From a virus (Duplodnaviria > Heunggongvirae > Uroviricota > Caudoviricetes): 64,000 nucleotides of DNA. Location of the stretch: positions 128,001 to 192,000 of IMG/VR virus record IMGVR_UViG_3300020045_008999; one strand, written 5' to 3'. Below the pieces are notes generated by a model. That model was not told where the DNA came from, did not search any database, and saw only the letters and a program-made list of their open reading frames with translations. A program made the position numbers and the translations under genes. Positions 41,589-50,844 of this stretch are shown here, piece after piece (the stretch's first letter is position 1; each line of letters opens with the position of its first letter).

Positions 41589-42317
41589 TTATTCTAGGCC
41601 GTCTTCGATTTCTACTATCAAATCCTGGAAGTTATCTTCATTGAGTGTAAGGTCTTCGTTCCAGATAAAGAAATGTCTCTGGTACTTTAAAATTAGTTTA
41701 ATATGGTATATATTGTCTACAAATAGAACAGGCAAGCATTGACTATCGAAGTATCCCTCACCACTTATTTCTATATCTACATCACCGGCATAAGTAGAAG
41801 CCAAATTATTATCTGTACAAATTAAATCACCGCCAATGGTAACCGGAGCACCCTCTAGGGTAGTTAATTGATTTTCGTCACAATAAAAACTACCAACAAC
41901 GTTAACTGGTCCACCCACTAACGTAGTTAATTGATTCCTTGTACATGAAAAGTCACCACCCACCAATTGTGGCACCCCTTCAAAACTAGTTAATTGATTA
42001 TCGTCACAATAAAAATCACCGCCAATGGTAACCGGCCCACCCACTAACGTAGCTAATTGATTATCATCACAATAAAAAAACCCACCCACCGTAGTAGGTG
42101 AGTCCTCTAGTGATGTCAGTTTGTTTGAAACACAATCGAAATTACCAAATACTTTATTAAAATTTAATGGAATTTTTTCCAAACCGGTCCTCCTTAAACT
42201 CACATCACCATCAACATCAATAGATCCATCTGAGTTAATCGTATAATTCTTAATTTTATATTTTATACATATTAAATCGATCTGGTCCTTTTCCTCTTTA
42301 CTAATTAAGTTCTTCAT
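41589..42317 (-). CDS. LRR-like array paralog, 242 aa, ~5 modules
   Basis: Family N-cap, 21-aa repeats, tail. Confidence 0.85.
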   Translation of the reverse strand: MKNLISKEEKDQIDLICIKYKIKNYTINSDGSIDVDGDVSLRRTGLEKIPLNFNKVFGNFDCVSNKLTSLEDSPTTVGGFFYCDDNQLATLVGGPVTIGGDFYCDDNQLTSFEGVPQLVGGDFSCTRNQLTTLVGGPVNVVGSFYCDENQLTTLEGAPVTIGGDLICTDNNLASTYAGDVDIEISGEGYFDSQCLPVLFVDNIYHIKLILKYQRHFFIWNEDLTLNEDNFQDLIVEIEDGLE

Positions 42318-42341
42318 ATGTTAGCGGTGTTTGTCTATATA

Positions 42342-43079
42342 TTATTCTAGCCCGTCGTCAATTTCTAATATTAAATCATTGAAGTTATCAATATTCAATG
42401 ATAAGTCATCATTCCAGATCTCAAAGTGTCTCTGGTATTTTAAAATCAATTTGATGTGGTGTATGTTAGCCATAAGCTGATGAGGTAACCTATTATCACC
42501 AAATTCAAGTTCACTATCCTCACTATCCACTTCTATGTCAATATCACCTGAGTATGTAGATGTCAATTTATTCGCACTACAATTAAAATTGCCACTTATA
42601 GTGATAGGCAAACCCACCATTGTAGTCAATATATTAAAATTACAGTTAAAATCACCACCAACAGAAATAGGCGATCCCTCTAATGACGTCAGCCGATTCT
42701 CAATACAATCAAACTGACCACCCACCGTATGAGGTCCACCCACTAAGGTAGATAAATCATTGTCACCGCAATCAAAATCACCGCCCACTGTATGTGGTGC
42801 GCCCTCTAATGAAGTTATTTGATTAAAGTGGCAGTAGAAATCACCACCAACTGTATGAGGAGATCCTTCCAATGAAGTTATTTGATTAAACGAGCATATG
42901 AAATGACCCGAAACTTTACCAAATTTCAATGGCAATTGTATTAATTTTTTACTCGAAATAAACACATCCCCATCAACATCAACAGATCCATTCGAATTAA
43001 TCGAATAATTTTCAATTTGATAATCTTTACATATTAAATCGATCTGGTCCTTTTCACCTTTGCTAATTAAATTTTTCAT
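42342..43079 (-). CDS. LRR-like array paralog, 245 aa, ~5 modules
   Basis: Family N-cap, 21-aa repeats, tail. Confidence 0.85.
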   Translation of the reverse strand: MKNLISKGEKDQIDLICKDYQIENYSINSNGSVDVDGDVFISSKKLIQLPLKFGKVSGHFICSFNQITSLEGSPHTVGGDFYCHFNQITSLEGAPHTVGGDFDCGDNDLSTLVGGPHTVGGQFDCIENRLTSLEGSPISVGGDFNCNFNILTTMVGLPITISGNFNCSANKLTSTYSGDIDIEVDSEDSELEFGDNRLPHQLMANIHHIKLILKYQRHFEIWNDDLSLNIDNFNDLILEIDDGLE

Positions 43080-43089
43080 AAGCTATATA

Positions 43090-43348
43090 TAAAAATTAGA
43101 TCCATCAAAGCGGCCAGCGAACCGATAGGTGAGCTGCATATTATATTAAACTTTAACAGTTTTAATTTGTAAATGTTAGATATATTCATTAACTTTGTGT
43201 TGGTACCTTACACTCAAGTACTACACTATAAAGTGCCAATATAAAGATACAAAATATAGTAATACAAAGCAAGTCTTTAATGTAAAAGTTATGAACGATG
43301 TTAACGAAGTGTCTTATCAACGATGTTATAAACAATCGCTCACTCAGA
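43090..43348. repeat. copy D of the intergenic hairpin/convergent-promoter module
   Basis: Hairpin 43115-43136; promoters 43166-43197 (+) and 43242-43273 (-); IR between them; truncated right hairpin. Confidence 0.8.
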
Positions 43349-43350
43349 CA

Positions 43351-43962
43351 CTACTGTAGCCCCTCTTCTATTTCAGAAATCAAATTCTGGAAGTTTTCTT
43401 CATTTAATGTAAGATCATCATTCCATATAAAGAAATACCTCTGGTACTTTAATATTAGTTTAGTAACAACGTTATTATGTTCCATATTAGACTTAAGGAG
43501 TGGCGGTAATGTATCACCTGGACAAAAAAATCCTAAAACTTCAATATCCACATCACCAGAATAAGTTGAGGTTAATTTGTTACCATTGCACTCAAAATCA
43601 CCACCAACAGTAACCGGGCCACCCACAAGTGAAGTCAATTTATTTCCATGACAGTGGTAATCACCACCAACAGTATGTGGACCACCATCTAATGAAGTCA
43701 ACTGATTTTGACCACATCTAAAATCACCACCAACAGTATGTGGACCGTCCTCTAATGTAGTCAAGAAGTTCGATGTACAAGAAAATCTACCAGAAATCTT
43801 ACCAAATTTCAATGGGAACTTAACTAAGTTCTCACTATATAAATTCACATTGCCATCCACATCAATCGATCCATCTGAGTTGATTGTATAATTCTCGATG
43901 CCGTATTGATCACATATTAAATCGATCTGGTCCTTTTCACCTTTGCTAATTAAATTTTTCAT
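43351..43962 (-). CDS. LRR-like array paralog, 203 aa, ~3 modules
   Basis: Family N-cap, 21-aa repeats, tail. Confidence 0.85.
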   Translation of the reverse strand: MKNLISKGEKDQIDLICDQYGIENYTINSDGSIDVDGNVNLYSENLVKFPLKFGKISGRFSCTSNFLTTLEDGPHTVGGDFRCGQNQLTSLDGGPHTVGGDYHCHGNKLTSLVGGPVTVGGDFECNGNKLTSTYSGDVDIEVLGFFCPGDTLPPLLKSNMEHNNVVTKLILKYQRYFFIWNDDLTLNEENFQNLISEIEEGLQ

Positions 43963-43972
43963 AAGCTATATA

Positions 43973-44515
43973 TTATTCTAATCCATCTTCAATTTCAGCT
44001 ATCAAATCAGCAAAGTTATCTGCATTCAAAGTTAAGTCATCGTTCCAGATTTCAAAATGCCTCTGGAACTTCAAGATTAGTTTAATATGATCCAGGTTAT
44101 CCAATAATTGCTGTGGTAGTAGACTGTTGTCGGCACATCTTACAATTCCGGATACGTCAATATCCGTATCACCTGTGTAAGTAGAAGTTAAATTATTATA
44201 ACTACAATAGAAATCACCACCAACCGTATGTGGGGATCCCTCTAATGAAGTTAAAACATTGTACCCACATCTAAAATCACCACCAACTGTAGCCGGGCAA
44301 CCGTCTAATGAAGTCAAGTAATTACCAAGGCAACTGAAATTACCAGTCACTTTTCCAAATTTCAAAGGTATAACAGATATTTCTTCTTCGTGTAATGCTA
44401 CATCACCATTCACATCAACTGAACCATCTGAGTTGATCGAATAGTTCTCGATGTCGTATTGTTTACATATTAAATCAATTTGATCCTTTTCTTCTTTAGA
44501 TATTAAATTCTTCAT
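43973..44515 (-). CDS. LRR-like array paralog, 180 aa, ~2 modules
   Basis: Family N-cap, 21-aa repeats, tail. Confidence 0.85.
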   Translation of the reverse strand: MKNLISKEEKDQIDLICKQYDIENYSINSDGSVDVNGDVALHEEEISVIPLKFGKVTGNFSCLGNYLTSLDGCPATVGGDFRCGYNVLTSLEGSPHTVGGDFYCSYNNLTSTYTGDTDIDVSGIVRCADNSLLPQQLLDNLDHIKLILKFQRHFEIWNDDLTLNADNFADLIAEIEDGLE

Positions 44516-44526
44516 AAAACTATATA

Positions 44527-45135
44527 TTATTTCAACCCCTCTTCAATTTCTGCTATCAAATTCAGGAAGTTTTCCTCATTCAAAGATAGATCATCGTTCC
44601 AGATTTCAAAATGTCTCTGGTACTTCAAAATTAGTTTAATATGATCCATATGATCAATAACTAGCTGAGGTAACTGTAAAAATGTGTCACCTGAGTATAA
44701 ATCGCCAGCGAATTCAATATCAATATCCCCAGAATAGGTAGACGTAATGTTATTATTAGTACATTTTAAATCACCACCAATAATACTTGGACTACATTCC
44801 AACGTAGTTAAATTGTTATAACTACAATAAAAATCACCAACTACCGTATGTGGTCCACCCTCCAATGAAGTTAATTCATTATAATAACAATTAAAATCAC
44901 CACCAATTATAGTAGGCGATCCCACCAATGTAGTCAAATGATTAAACGAACATGAGAAATGACCAGAAACTTTACCAAATTTTAATGGTAATTGTATTAA
45001 TTTTTTCCTCGAAATAAACACATCCCCATCAACATCAATAGATCCATCCGAGTTAATTTTATATTTCTTTATATTGTATAGATAGCATATCGAATCGATA
45101 CGATCCTTTTCTTCTTTGTTAATTAAGTTCTTCAT
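44527..45135 (-). CDS. LRR-like array paralog, 202 aa, ~3 modules
   Basis: Family N-cap, 21-aa repeats, tail. Confidence 0.85.
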   Translation of the reverse strand: MKNLINKEEKDRIDSICYLYNIKKYKINSDGSIDVDGDVFISRKKLIQLPLKFGKVSGHFSCSFNHLTTLVGSPTIIGGDFNCYYNELTSLEGGPHTVVGDFYCSYNNLTTLECSPSIIGGDLKCTNNNITSTYSGDIDIEFAGDLYSGDTFLQLPQLVIDHMDHIKLILKYQRHFEIWNDDLSLNEENFLNLIAEIEEGLK

Positions 45136-45146
45136 GTAGCTATATA

Positions 45147-45707
45147 TTATTCTAATCCCTCTTTAATTTCTGCTATCAAATCATTGAAGTTTTCTTCGTT
45201 CAATGTTAGATCCTCATTCCAGATCATAAATGGTCGCTGGTACTTCAGAATCAATTTAATATGACCCAGGTTATCCACCAATTGCTGAGGTAGGTGGTTA
45301 GAATTGACACTTGTGACATCGGAAATGCATCTTATAATACCGGATACCTCAATATCAGTATCACCAGCGTAAGTAGAAGTTAGAACATTATACGTGATAT
45401 CAAAATAACCCCCAACATATGCCGGGCATCCCACCAATGATGTCAGCATATTATCCTCACAATCAAAATCACCACCAACATTCTTAGGGGAACCTACCAG
45501 TGATTTCAAGCCATTCGAATCACATCGGAAAACACCAGATACATTATTGAATTTTACTGGAATTACGATTAAGCCGCTATCCGCTAAATTGACATCCCCC
45601 TTTACATCAATCGATCCATCCGAGTTAATCGAATAATTCTTGATGCCAAATTCTTCACATATCAAATCAATTTGATCCTTTTCTTCTTTACTAATTAAGT
45701 TCTTCAT
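45147..45707 (-). CDS. LRR-like array paralog, 186 aa, ~2 modules
   Basis: Family N-cap, 21-aa repeats, tail. Confidence 0.85.
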   Translation of the reverse strand: MKNLISKEEKDQIDLICEEFGIKNYSINSDGSIDVKGDVNLADSGLIVIPVKFNNVSGVFRCDSNGLKSLVGSPKNVGGDFDCEDNMLTSLVGCPAYVGGYFDITYNVLTSTYAGDTDIEVSGIIRCISDVTSVNSNHLPQQLVDNLGHIKLILKYQRPFMIWNEDLTLNEENFNDLIAEIKEGLE

Positions 45708-45717
45708 GGCCTATATA

Positions 45718-46569
45718 TTATTCTAACCCCTCGTTAATTTCTGCTATCAAATCATTGAAATTTTCTTCGTTCAGACTAAGATCTTCATTCCAGATCATAA
45801 AATGCCGCTGGTACTTTAAAATTAATACTATGTGTTCTATATTTTCATTAAACAGTTGAGGCAGTGTACTATTTGTAAAGCATACGTCAGCCCTCAACTC
45901 AATGTCTATATCACCAGAATATGTAGATGTCAACAGGTTTTTTTTACAATCGAAATAACCACAAGTAGCAGTTGGGGCACCCTCTAAAGATGTCAATTTA
46001 TTATGACCACATAGCAAATCACCGCCAACCCACTCAGGACCCCCCACTAATGAAGTCAACTGATTGTGACTACAATAAAAATTACCTTTCACTGTGGTAG
46101 GTGAGCCATGTAATGTAGTCAACATATTAAAGAAGCAGCTATAGCCTTTTCCGATCGTAGTAGGCCCATCCACTAATGAAGTCAAACGATTATCATCACA
46201 GTTAAAATGCCCACCAACCTCAACCGGACCCCCCACTAATGAAGTCAAATAATTATGACCACAGTCAAAATATCCACTCACCGTAGTAGGACAACCCACT
46301 AATGAAGTCAATTGATTTTTGACACAATCGAAACCACCCACCGTAGTAGGACAACCCACTAATGAAGTCAATTGATTATCATTACAAATAAAATTCCCAG
46401 ATACCGTATTAAATTTTATTGGCAACTCTTTTAATTTTTGCTCATGTAAGTTTACATCACCATCAACATCAATCGACCCATCCGAGTTGATAGTATAATT
46501 TTCGATTCGGTGGTCATTACATATCTCATCGATACGATCCTTTTCTTCTTTGGTAATTAAATTCTTCAT
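45718..46569 (-). CDS. LRR-like array paralog, 283 aa, ~7 modules
   Basis: Family N-cap, 21-aa repeats, tail. Confidence 0.85.
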   Translation of the reverse strand: MKNLITKEEKDRIDEICNDHRIENYTINSDGSIDVDGDVNLHEQKLKELPIKFNTVSGNFICNDNQLTSLVGCPTTVGGFDCVKNQLTSLVGCPTTVSGYFDCGHNYLTSLVGGPVEVGGHFNCDDNRLTSLVDGPTTIGKGYSCFFNMLTTLHGSPTTVKGNFYCSHNQLTSLVGGPEWVGGDLLCGHNKLTSLEGAPTATCGYFDCKKNLLTSTYSGDIDIELRADVCFTNSTLPQLFNENIEHIVLILKYQRHFMIWNEDLSLNEENFNDLIAEINEGLE

Positions 46570-46579
46570 GGTCTATATA

Positions 46580-47120
46580 TTATTCTAAGCCGTCTTTAAT
46601 ATCTGCAATCAGATTGTTAAAGTTTTCTTCATTCAATGTTAGATCATCATTCCAGATCATGAAATGCCGCTGGTACTTTAAAATTAATAAGATGTGCTCT
46701 ATATTATCATTAAACAGTTGAGGTAACGGATTACTTACAATATTAACATTCTCACCTATTTCAATATCAATATCCATTAAATAGGTGGTGGTTATATTAT
46801 TAAAGGAACAATCGAAACTACCCAAAATAGTAACCGGACATCCATTCAATGAAGTTAGACTATTATTGTTACAATAAAAATACCCACCCACCGTAGTAGG
46901 TGAGCCCTCCAGAGATGTCAATTTGTTTAAAACACAATTGAAATTACCAGACACAATGTTGAATCTTACCGGAAATTTAGTTATTTTTTTTATCAAATAA
47001 ATCTACATTGCCGTGCACGTCAATTGATCCATCTGAGTTAATTGAATAGTTTTTAATATTTTCATTAGAGCATATTCTATCGATACGATCCTTTTCTTCT
47101 TTGCTTATTAAGTTCTTCAT
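46580..47120 (-). pseudogene. frameshifted LRR-like paralog (179 aa if repaired)
   Basis: MKNL start at 47120; coding-strand A8 run (T8 at 46984-46991) has one extra base. Confidence 0.75.
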
Positions 47121-47131
47121 ATAAATATTTA

Positions 47132-47734
47132 CTATTCCAACCCTTCTTCAATTTCCGATATCAAATCCTTGAAGTTTTTTTTATTTAAGGTAAGATCATC
47201 ATTCCAAATATAAAAATGTCGCTGGTACTTTAAGATCAATTTGATGTGATTTATATTTGTGATAAGTGATTTATATATTTTTTTACCTGGGTAAAAATCG
47301 CCACCAAAATCAATATCGATATCACCAGAATACGTAGAACGGATAGGTGTATCCTCAAAAAATAAATCACCACCAATGGTATGAGGTGCTCCCTCTAATG
47401 AAGTTAATTCAATATTACCACTGCAAACAAAATCACCATTAACCACATTCGGGGCACCATTTAGTGATGTTAGTCTATTATCACTACACTTAAAATTACC
47501 ACCCACCGTAGTAGGACCACCCTCTAATGATGTCAATAGATTAAAATTACATCCAAAATCACCAGTTATCTTACCGAACTTCAATGGCAGCTTAACTATA
47601 TCTATATTAAATATACTGACATCACCATCCACATCAACTGAACCATCCGAGTTGATCGAATAATTCACGATTCCGTATTGATCACATATTAAATCAATAC
47701 GATCCTTTTCCTCTTTACTAATTAAGTTCTTCAT
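47132..47734 (-). CDS. LRR-like array paralog, 200 aa, ~3 modules
   Basis: Family architecture; start moved to MKNL. Confidence 0.85.
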   Translation of the reverse strand: MKNLISKEEKDRIDLICDQYGIVNYSINSDGSVDVDGDVSIFNIDIVKLPLKFGKITGDFGCNFNLLTSLEGGPTTVGGNFKCSDNRLTSLNGAPNVVNGDFVCSGNIELTSLEGAPHTIGGDLFFEDTPIRSTYSGDIDIDFGGDFYPGKKIYKSLITNINHIKLILKYQRHFYIWNDDLTLNKKNFKDLISEIEEGLE

Positions 47735-47851
47735 ATATCTATATATAAAATCCAAATCACTCAAAGGTGGCCGACTTACGTAGTTATAATCGCAGTGAGC
47801 GGCATAATTCTACCCATCTTGTTCCAATCTTTATGTTAGCGTAGGTATGAG

Positions 47852-48419
47852 TTATTCAAGTATTTGTGAAATTATCCACGTTCTATACAATTTTGCTAGA
47901 TCATACGATTCCGGATTTGCTAATTGGTCCATGCGTAATCCCAGCCTAAATAATTCGATAATCGTATCTATATCATTATTGATCCCGGAAAAACATCCAT
48001 CAATGTTGGTGGTAATTCCGTCAAATGAATGAATGAATGTGAAAATCAATATCACAAAAATAATTACCACCAACTTTACTTGGACCGAATTCCAATGATG
48101 TTAGTTTATTTTCACAGCAATAAAAACACTCACCGATAATACTTGGACCGAATTCCAATGATGTTAATTCATTTTCACAACACAAAAAATCACCAGTAAC
48201 TTCAATAGGACAACCGTATAATGTACTGAGCTTATTTTGTACACATATAAAGTCACCAATAACCTTATTAAACCGCAATGGTAGCTCAGTTAAATTTTGA
48301 CCACATAGATCAACCCCATCATAAGCATCAATTGTACCATCGTCATTAATGTCGTAGCCGGAAATTGAATACTTCTGACAGATATCCTCGATTTTATTAT
48401 TTCGTTCAGAATTATCCAT
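47852..48419 (-). pseudogene. divergent LRR-like gene split by a (CATT)4 repeat; different C-terminal tail
   Basis: ORFs 48021-48419 and 47852-48073 join in frame if one CATT unit (48024-48039) is removed. Confidence 0.7.
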
Positions 48420-48465
48420 AATTGTATTTTTCCTAAGTATTGAATATAAAAAGAAACTCGTAATG

Positions 48466-49206
48466 CTATTTATTTAATTGTTTAGTGTATTTTTTCTTTA
48501 TCATTTGTTTTGTTAGCTTTTCCTTATCACCATCTTCAACAATTCTAATTATTATACTATCGATACCAACGTCCTTGATCATCTTATCTAAGGTAACAGA
48601 ATGACCAGATTTTAAATTGTTTAGTAAGCCATCATTTTTACTAGTATATACTATAAATTTTTTATTTACCTGATTGGTTATGACAACAGAATAACGCTTG
48701 CTTTGTGTGAATAAATGAGATGGATATAGGTATAACTTTTCATGCAATTGTTTTAATGACTTATATCCCAAAACATCTTTCATAATATTGATCGACTTAT
48801 GTACTTCGGTATCCTCTGCTCCTTTGATAAATAGATTGTATCTTTCGTTGGGATTATTATTATCGTTAAATTCAATATTGGTTAGATCCTGGACCATAGA
48901 ATATTCTCTTATAAGCCTTTCTTCATCAGCGCGATCAGATGACAACATTTTGACAATTAGTCGACTACCAGAGTCCAGAATTCCCTTTATTAGTTTATTC
49001 TTTCTTACATTTATATTAGTTGCCTTTTGTAGATCTAATATGTGGAATGCAATCCTCCCCTTTATATTACTAGTTGATCCAATATAAAAATCATTTATCA
49101 TATACACCCCAGATGTATACGTATCTTCAATATCCGCAAACCATTTTATGTTATCAGAAACATAATTTATCAATAGTTTTTTCTTATCAACCTCAGTTTT
49201 TGTCAT
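48466..49206 (-). CDS. GIY-YIG nuclease / homing endonuclease-like protein
   Basis: SGVYMI-NDFYIGSTSNIKGRIAFH motif with downstream E and N. Confidence 0.7.
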   Translation of the reverse strand: MTKTEVDKKKLLINYVSDNIKWFADIEDTYTSGVYMINDFYIGSTSNIKGRIAFHILDLQKATNINVRKNKLIKGILDSGSRLIVKMLSSDRADEERLIREYSMVQDLTNIEFNDNNNPNERYNLFIKGAEDTEVHKSINIMKDVLGYKSLKQLHEKLYLYPSHLFTQSKRYSVVITNQVNKKFIVYTSKNDGLLNNLKSGHSVTLDKMIKDVGIDSIIIRIVEDGDKEKLTKQMIKKKYTKQLNK

Positions 49207-49304
49207 TTGTATATAAATTAATCAATTATATACAAATGATATGTGAAAGTTTAGTGATGTGTAAAATAAATAATCAAATAAATACTAGTGAATATTTAAC
49301 ATAT

Positions 49305-49485
49305 TAAATTTGTATAAGAACTTTAAATTTCTTAACTTTGTGTTGGCACCTTATACTCTACTACTAGACTATAGTGTGCCAACATAAAGATACTAATTAA
49401 TACAATACAAAACAAGACTCATAGACAAAAGTTATCAACAATCGTTCACTGCGTTTATAAATACGTTAGCGACACCACTCTGATA
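49305..49485. repeat. copy E of the intergenic module (left hairpin missing)
   Basis: Promoters 49309-49340 (+) and 49385-49416 (-); IR tgttggca..tgccaaca. Confidence 0.75.
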
Positions 49486-50088
49486 CTATTCTAATCCGTC
49501 TTCAATTTCTGCTATCAAATTCTGGAAGTTTTCCTCATTTAAAGTTAAGTCATCATTCCAGATGAAGAAATGTCTTTGGTACTTCAAGATCAATTTAATG
49601 TGATGTACATTATTCTTCAATTGCTGTGGTAGGATGTTTAAGCTACATGTTACAATTCCGGATACGTCAATATCCGTATCACCTGAGTAAGTAGAAGTTA
49701 ATTTATTATTACTACAATATAAATTACTACCAACCGATTGTGGTGCCCCCACTAATGAAGTTAAACCATTGTACCCACATCTGAAATTCCCACCAACAGA
49801 TGTAGGTGATCCTTCCAATGACGTCAACATATTAATACTACAATAAAAATCATCACCAACTGTATGAGGGGATCCCTCTAAGGTAGTTAATATGTTCATT
49901 GAACAAGAAAATTTACCGGTCACATTACCAAATCGCAATGGTAATTGTTTTAAGCGTTTATGTTCTAAATCAACATCTCCCTCAACGTCAATGGATCCAT
50001 CAGCATTAATAGTGTAATGCCTAATATGAGATCTTCTACAAATCGAATCAATACGGTTCTTTTCCTCTATACTAATTAAGTTTTTCAT
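49486..50088 (-). CDS. LRR-like array paralog, 200 aa, ~3 modules
   Basis: Family N-cap, 21-aa repeats, tail. Confidence 0.85.
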   Translation of the reverse strand: MKNLISIEEKNRIDSICRRSHIRHYTINADGSIDVEGDVDLEHKRLKQLPLRFGNVTGKFSCSMNILTTLEGSPHTVGDDFYCSINMLTSLEGSPTSVGGNFRCGYNGLTSLVGAPQSVGSNLYCSNNKLTSTYSGDTDIDVSGIVTCSLNILPQQLKNNVHHIKLILKYQRHFFIWNDDLTLNEENFQNLIAEIEDGLE

Positions 50089-50211
50089 AAGCTATATATA
50101 CTATTATTATTTTTTCAATTTTTACCAAAACAGCGAATGGAAATATAATATATACTATGTAGGAATGATGAAGTTTATTAAATATTCTAGATTAACAACT
50201 CTATCACGCTC

Positions 50212-50445
50212 AGTAGATTATCGGATACCAGCTTTTATCCCAGGGATAATGATCCAGCTGCCCATATAAAGATCGAAAAGTGATAGAACAATCGAAAATG
50301 TTAAATATACCAAACCCAAGACTACACATCGAATAGATACAACAGTGTTATACCTATCGAAGAATATATGTTAATTCATAGTAGATTATCGGAAACCAGC
50401 TTTTATCCCAGGGATAATGATCCAGCTGCCCATATAAAGATCGAA
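50212..50445. repeat. 66-bp direct repeat x2 (50212-50277 and 50380-50445) containing palindrome TTATCCC-A-GGGATAA
   Basis: One mismatch between copies; 102-bp spacer. Confidence 0.9.
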
Positions 50446-50741
50446 CCGCAATTAATTATTCAAGATAATATACCATTCAAATATCAACGGATGTCATAAT
50501 ACAAATTAAAACATATTTAAATACCCAACCTGGTGAAATGTCAAAAAAAATGACATACATACCGGGAATTACCAGTTAGAACAATCCTAATGATTTAAAT
50601 ATGAATATAATTGAGCTATTTAAATACAGTGGATTTAAGCCACTTAAATTTTAAAATGGTGTCCTAGTATTAAAAAAATATAATAAAGCCTTATATTAGG
50701 CAACATTGAAGGGATTTAATGAATTTACTTATATAAGACAG

Positions 50742-50842
50742 CAGCGAACGAAGTGAGCTGTATAATTATACAAAATTTTAACAACGTTGTTATCAACAAT
50801 CGCTCACTACGTTTATAACTACATTAGCGACCACCATCTAGA
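50742..50842. repeat. collapsed copy G of the intergenic module (outer hairpin motifs only)
   Basis: cagcgaacgaagtgagctg at 50742-50760, then aacaacgttgttatcaacaatcgctcac. Confidence 0.65.
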
Positions 50843-50844
50843 TA

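Noticed and set aside
5285-49307. Short antisense or overlapping ORFs in the track (e.g. 5285, 18291, 21371, 23583, 24166, 28176, 37003, 38385, 42535, 43298, 48788, 49074)
   Set aside because: They are shadows of real genes on the opposite strand; their similarity to each other just mirrors the LRR codons.
50212-50445. Mini-CRISPR array
   Set aside because: Only two repeats; the 66-bp repeat and 102-bp spacer are outside normal CRISPR sizes.
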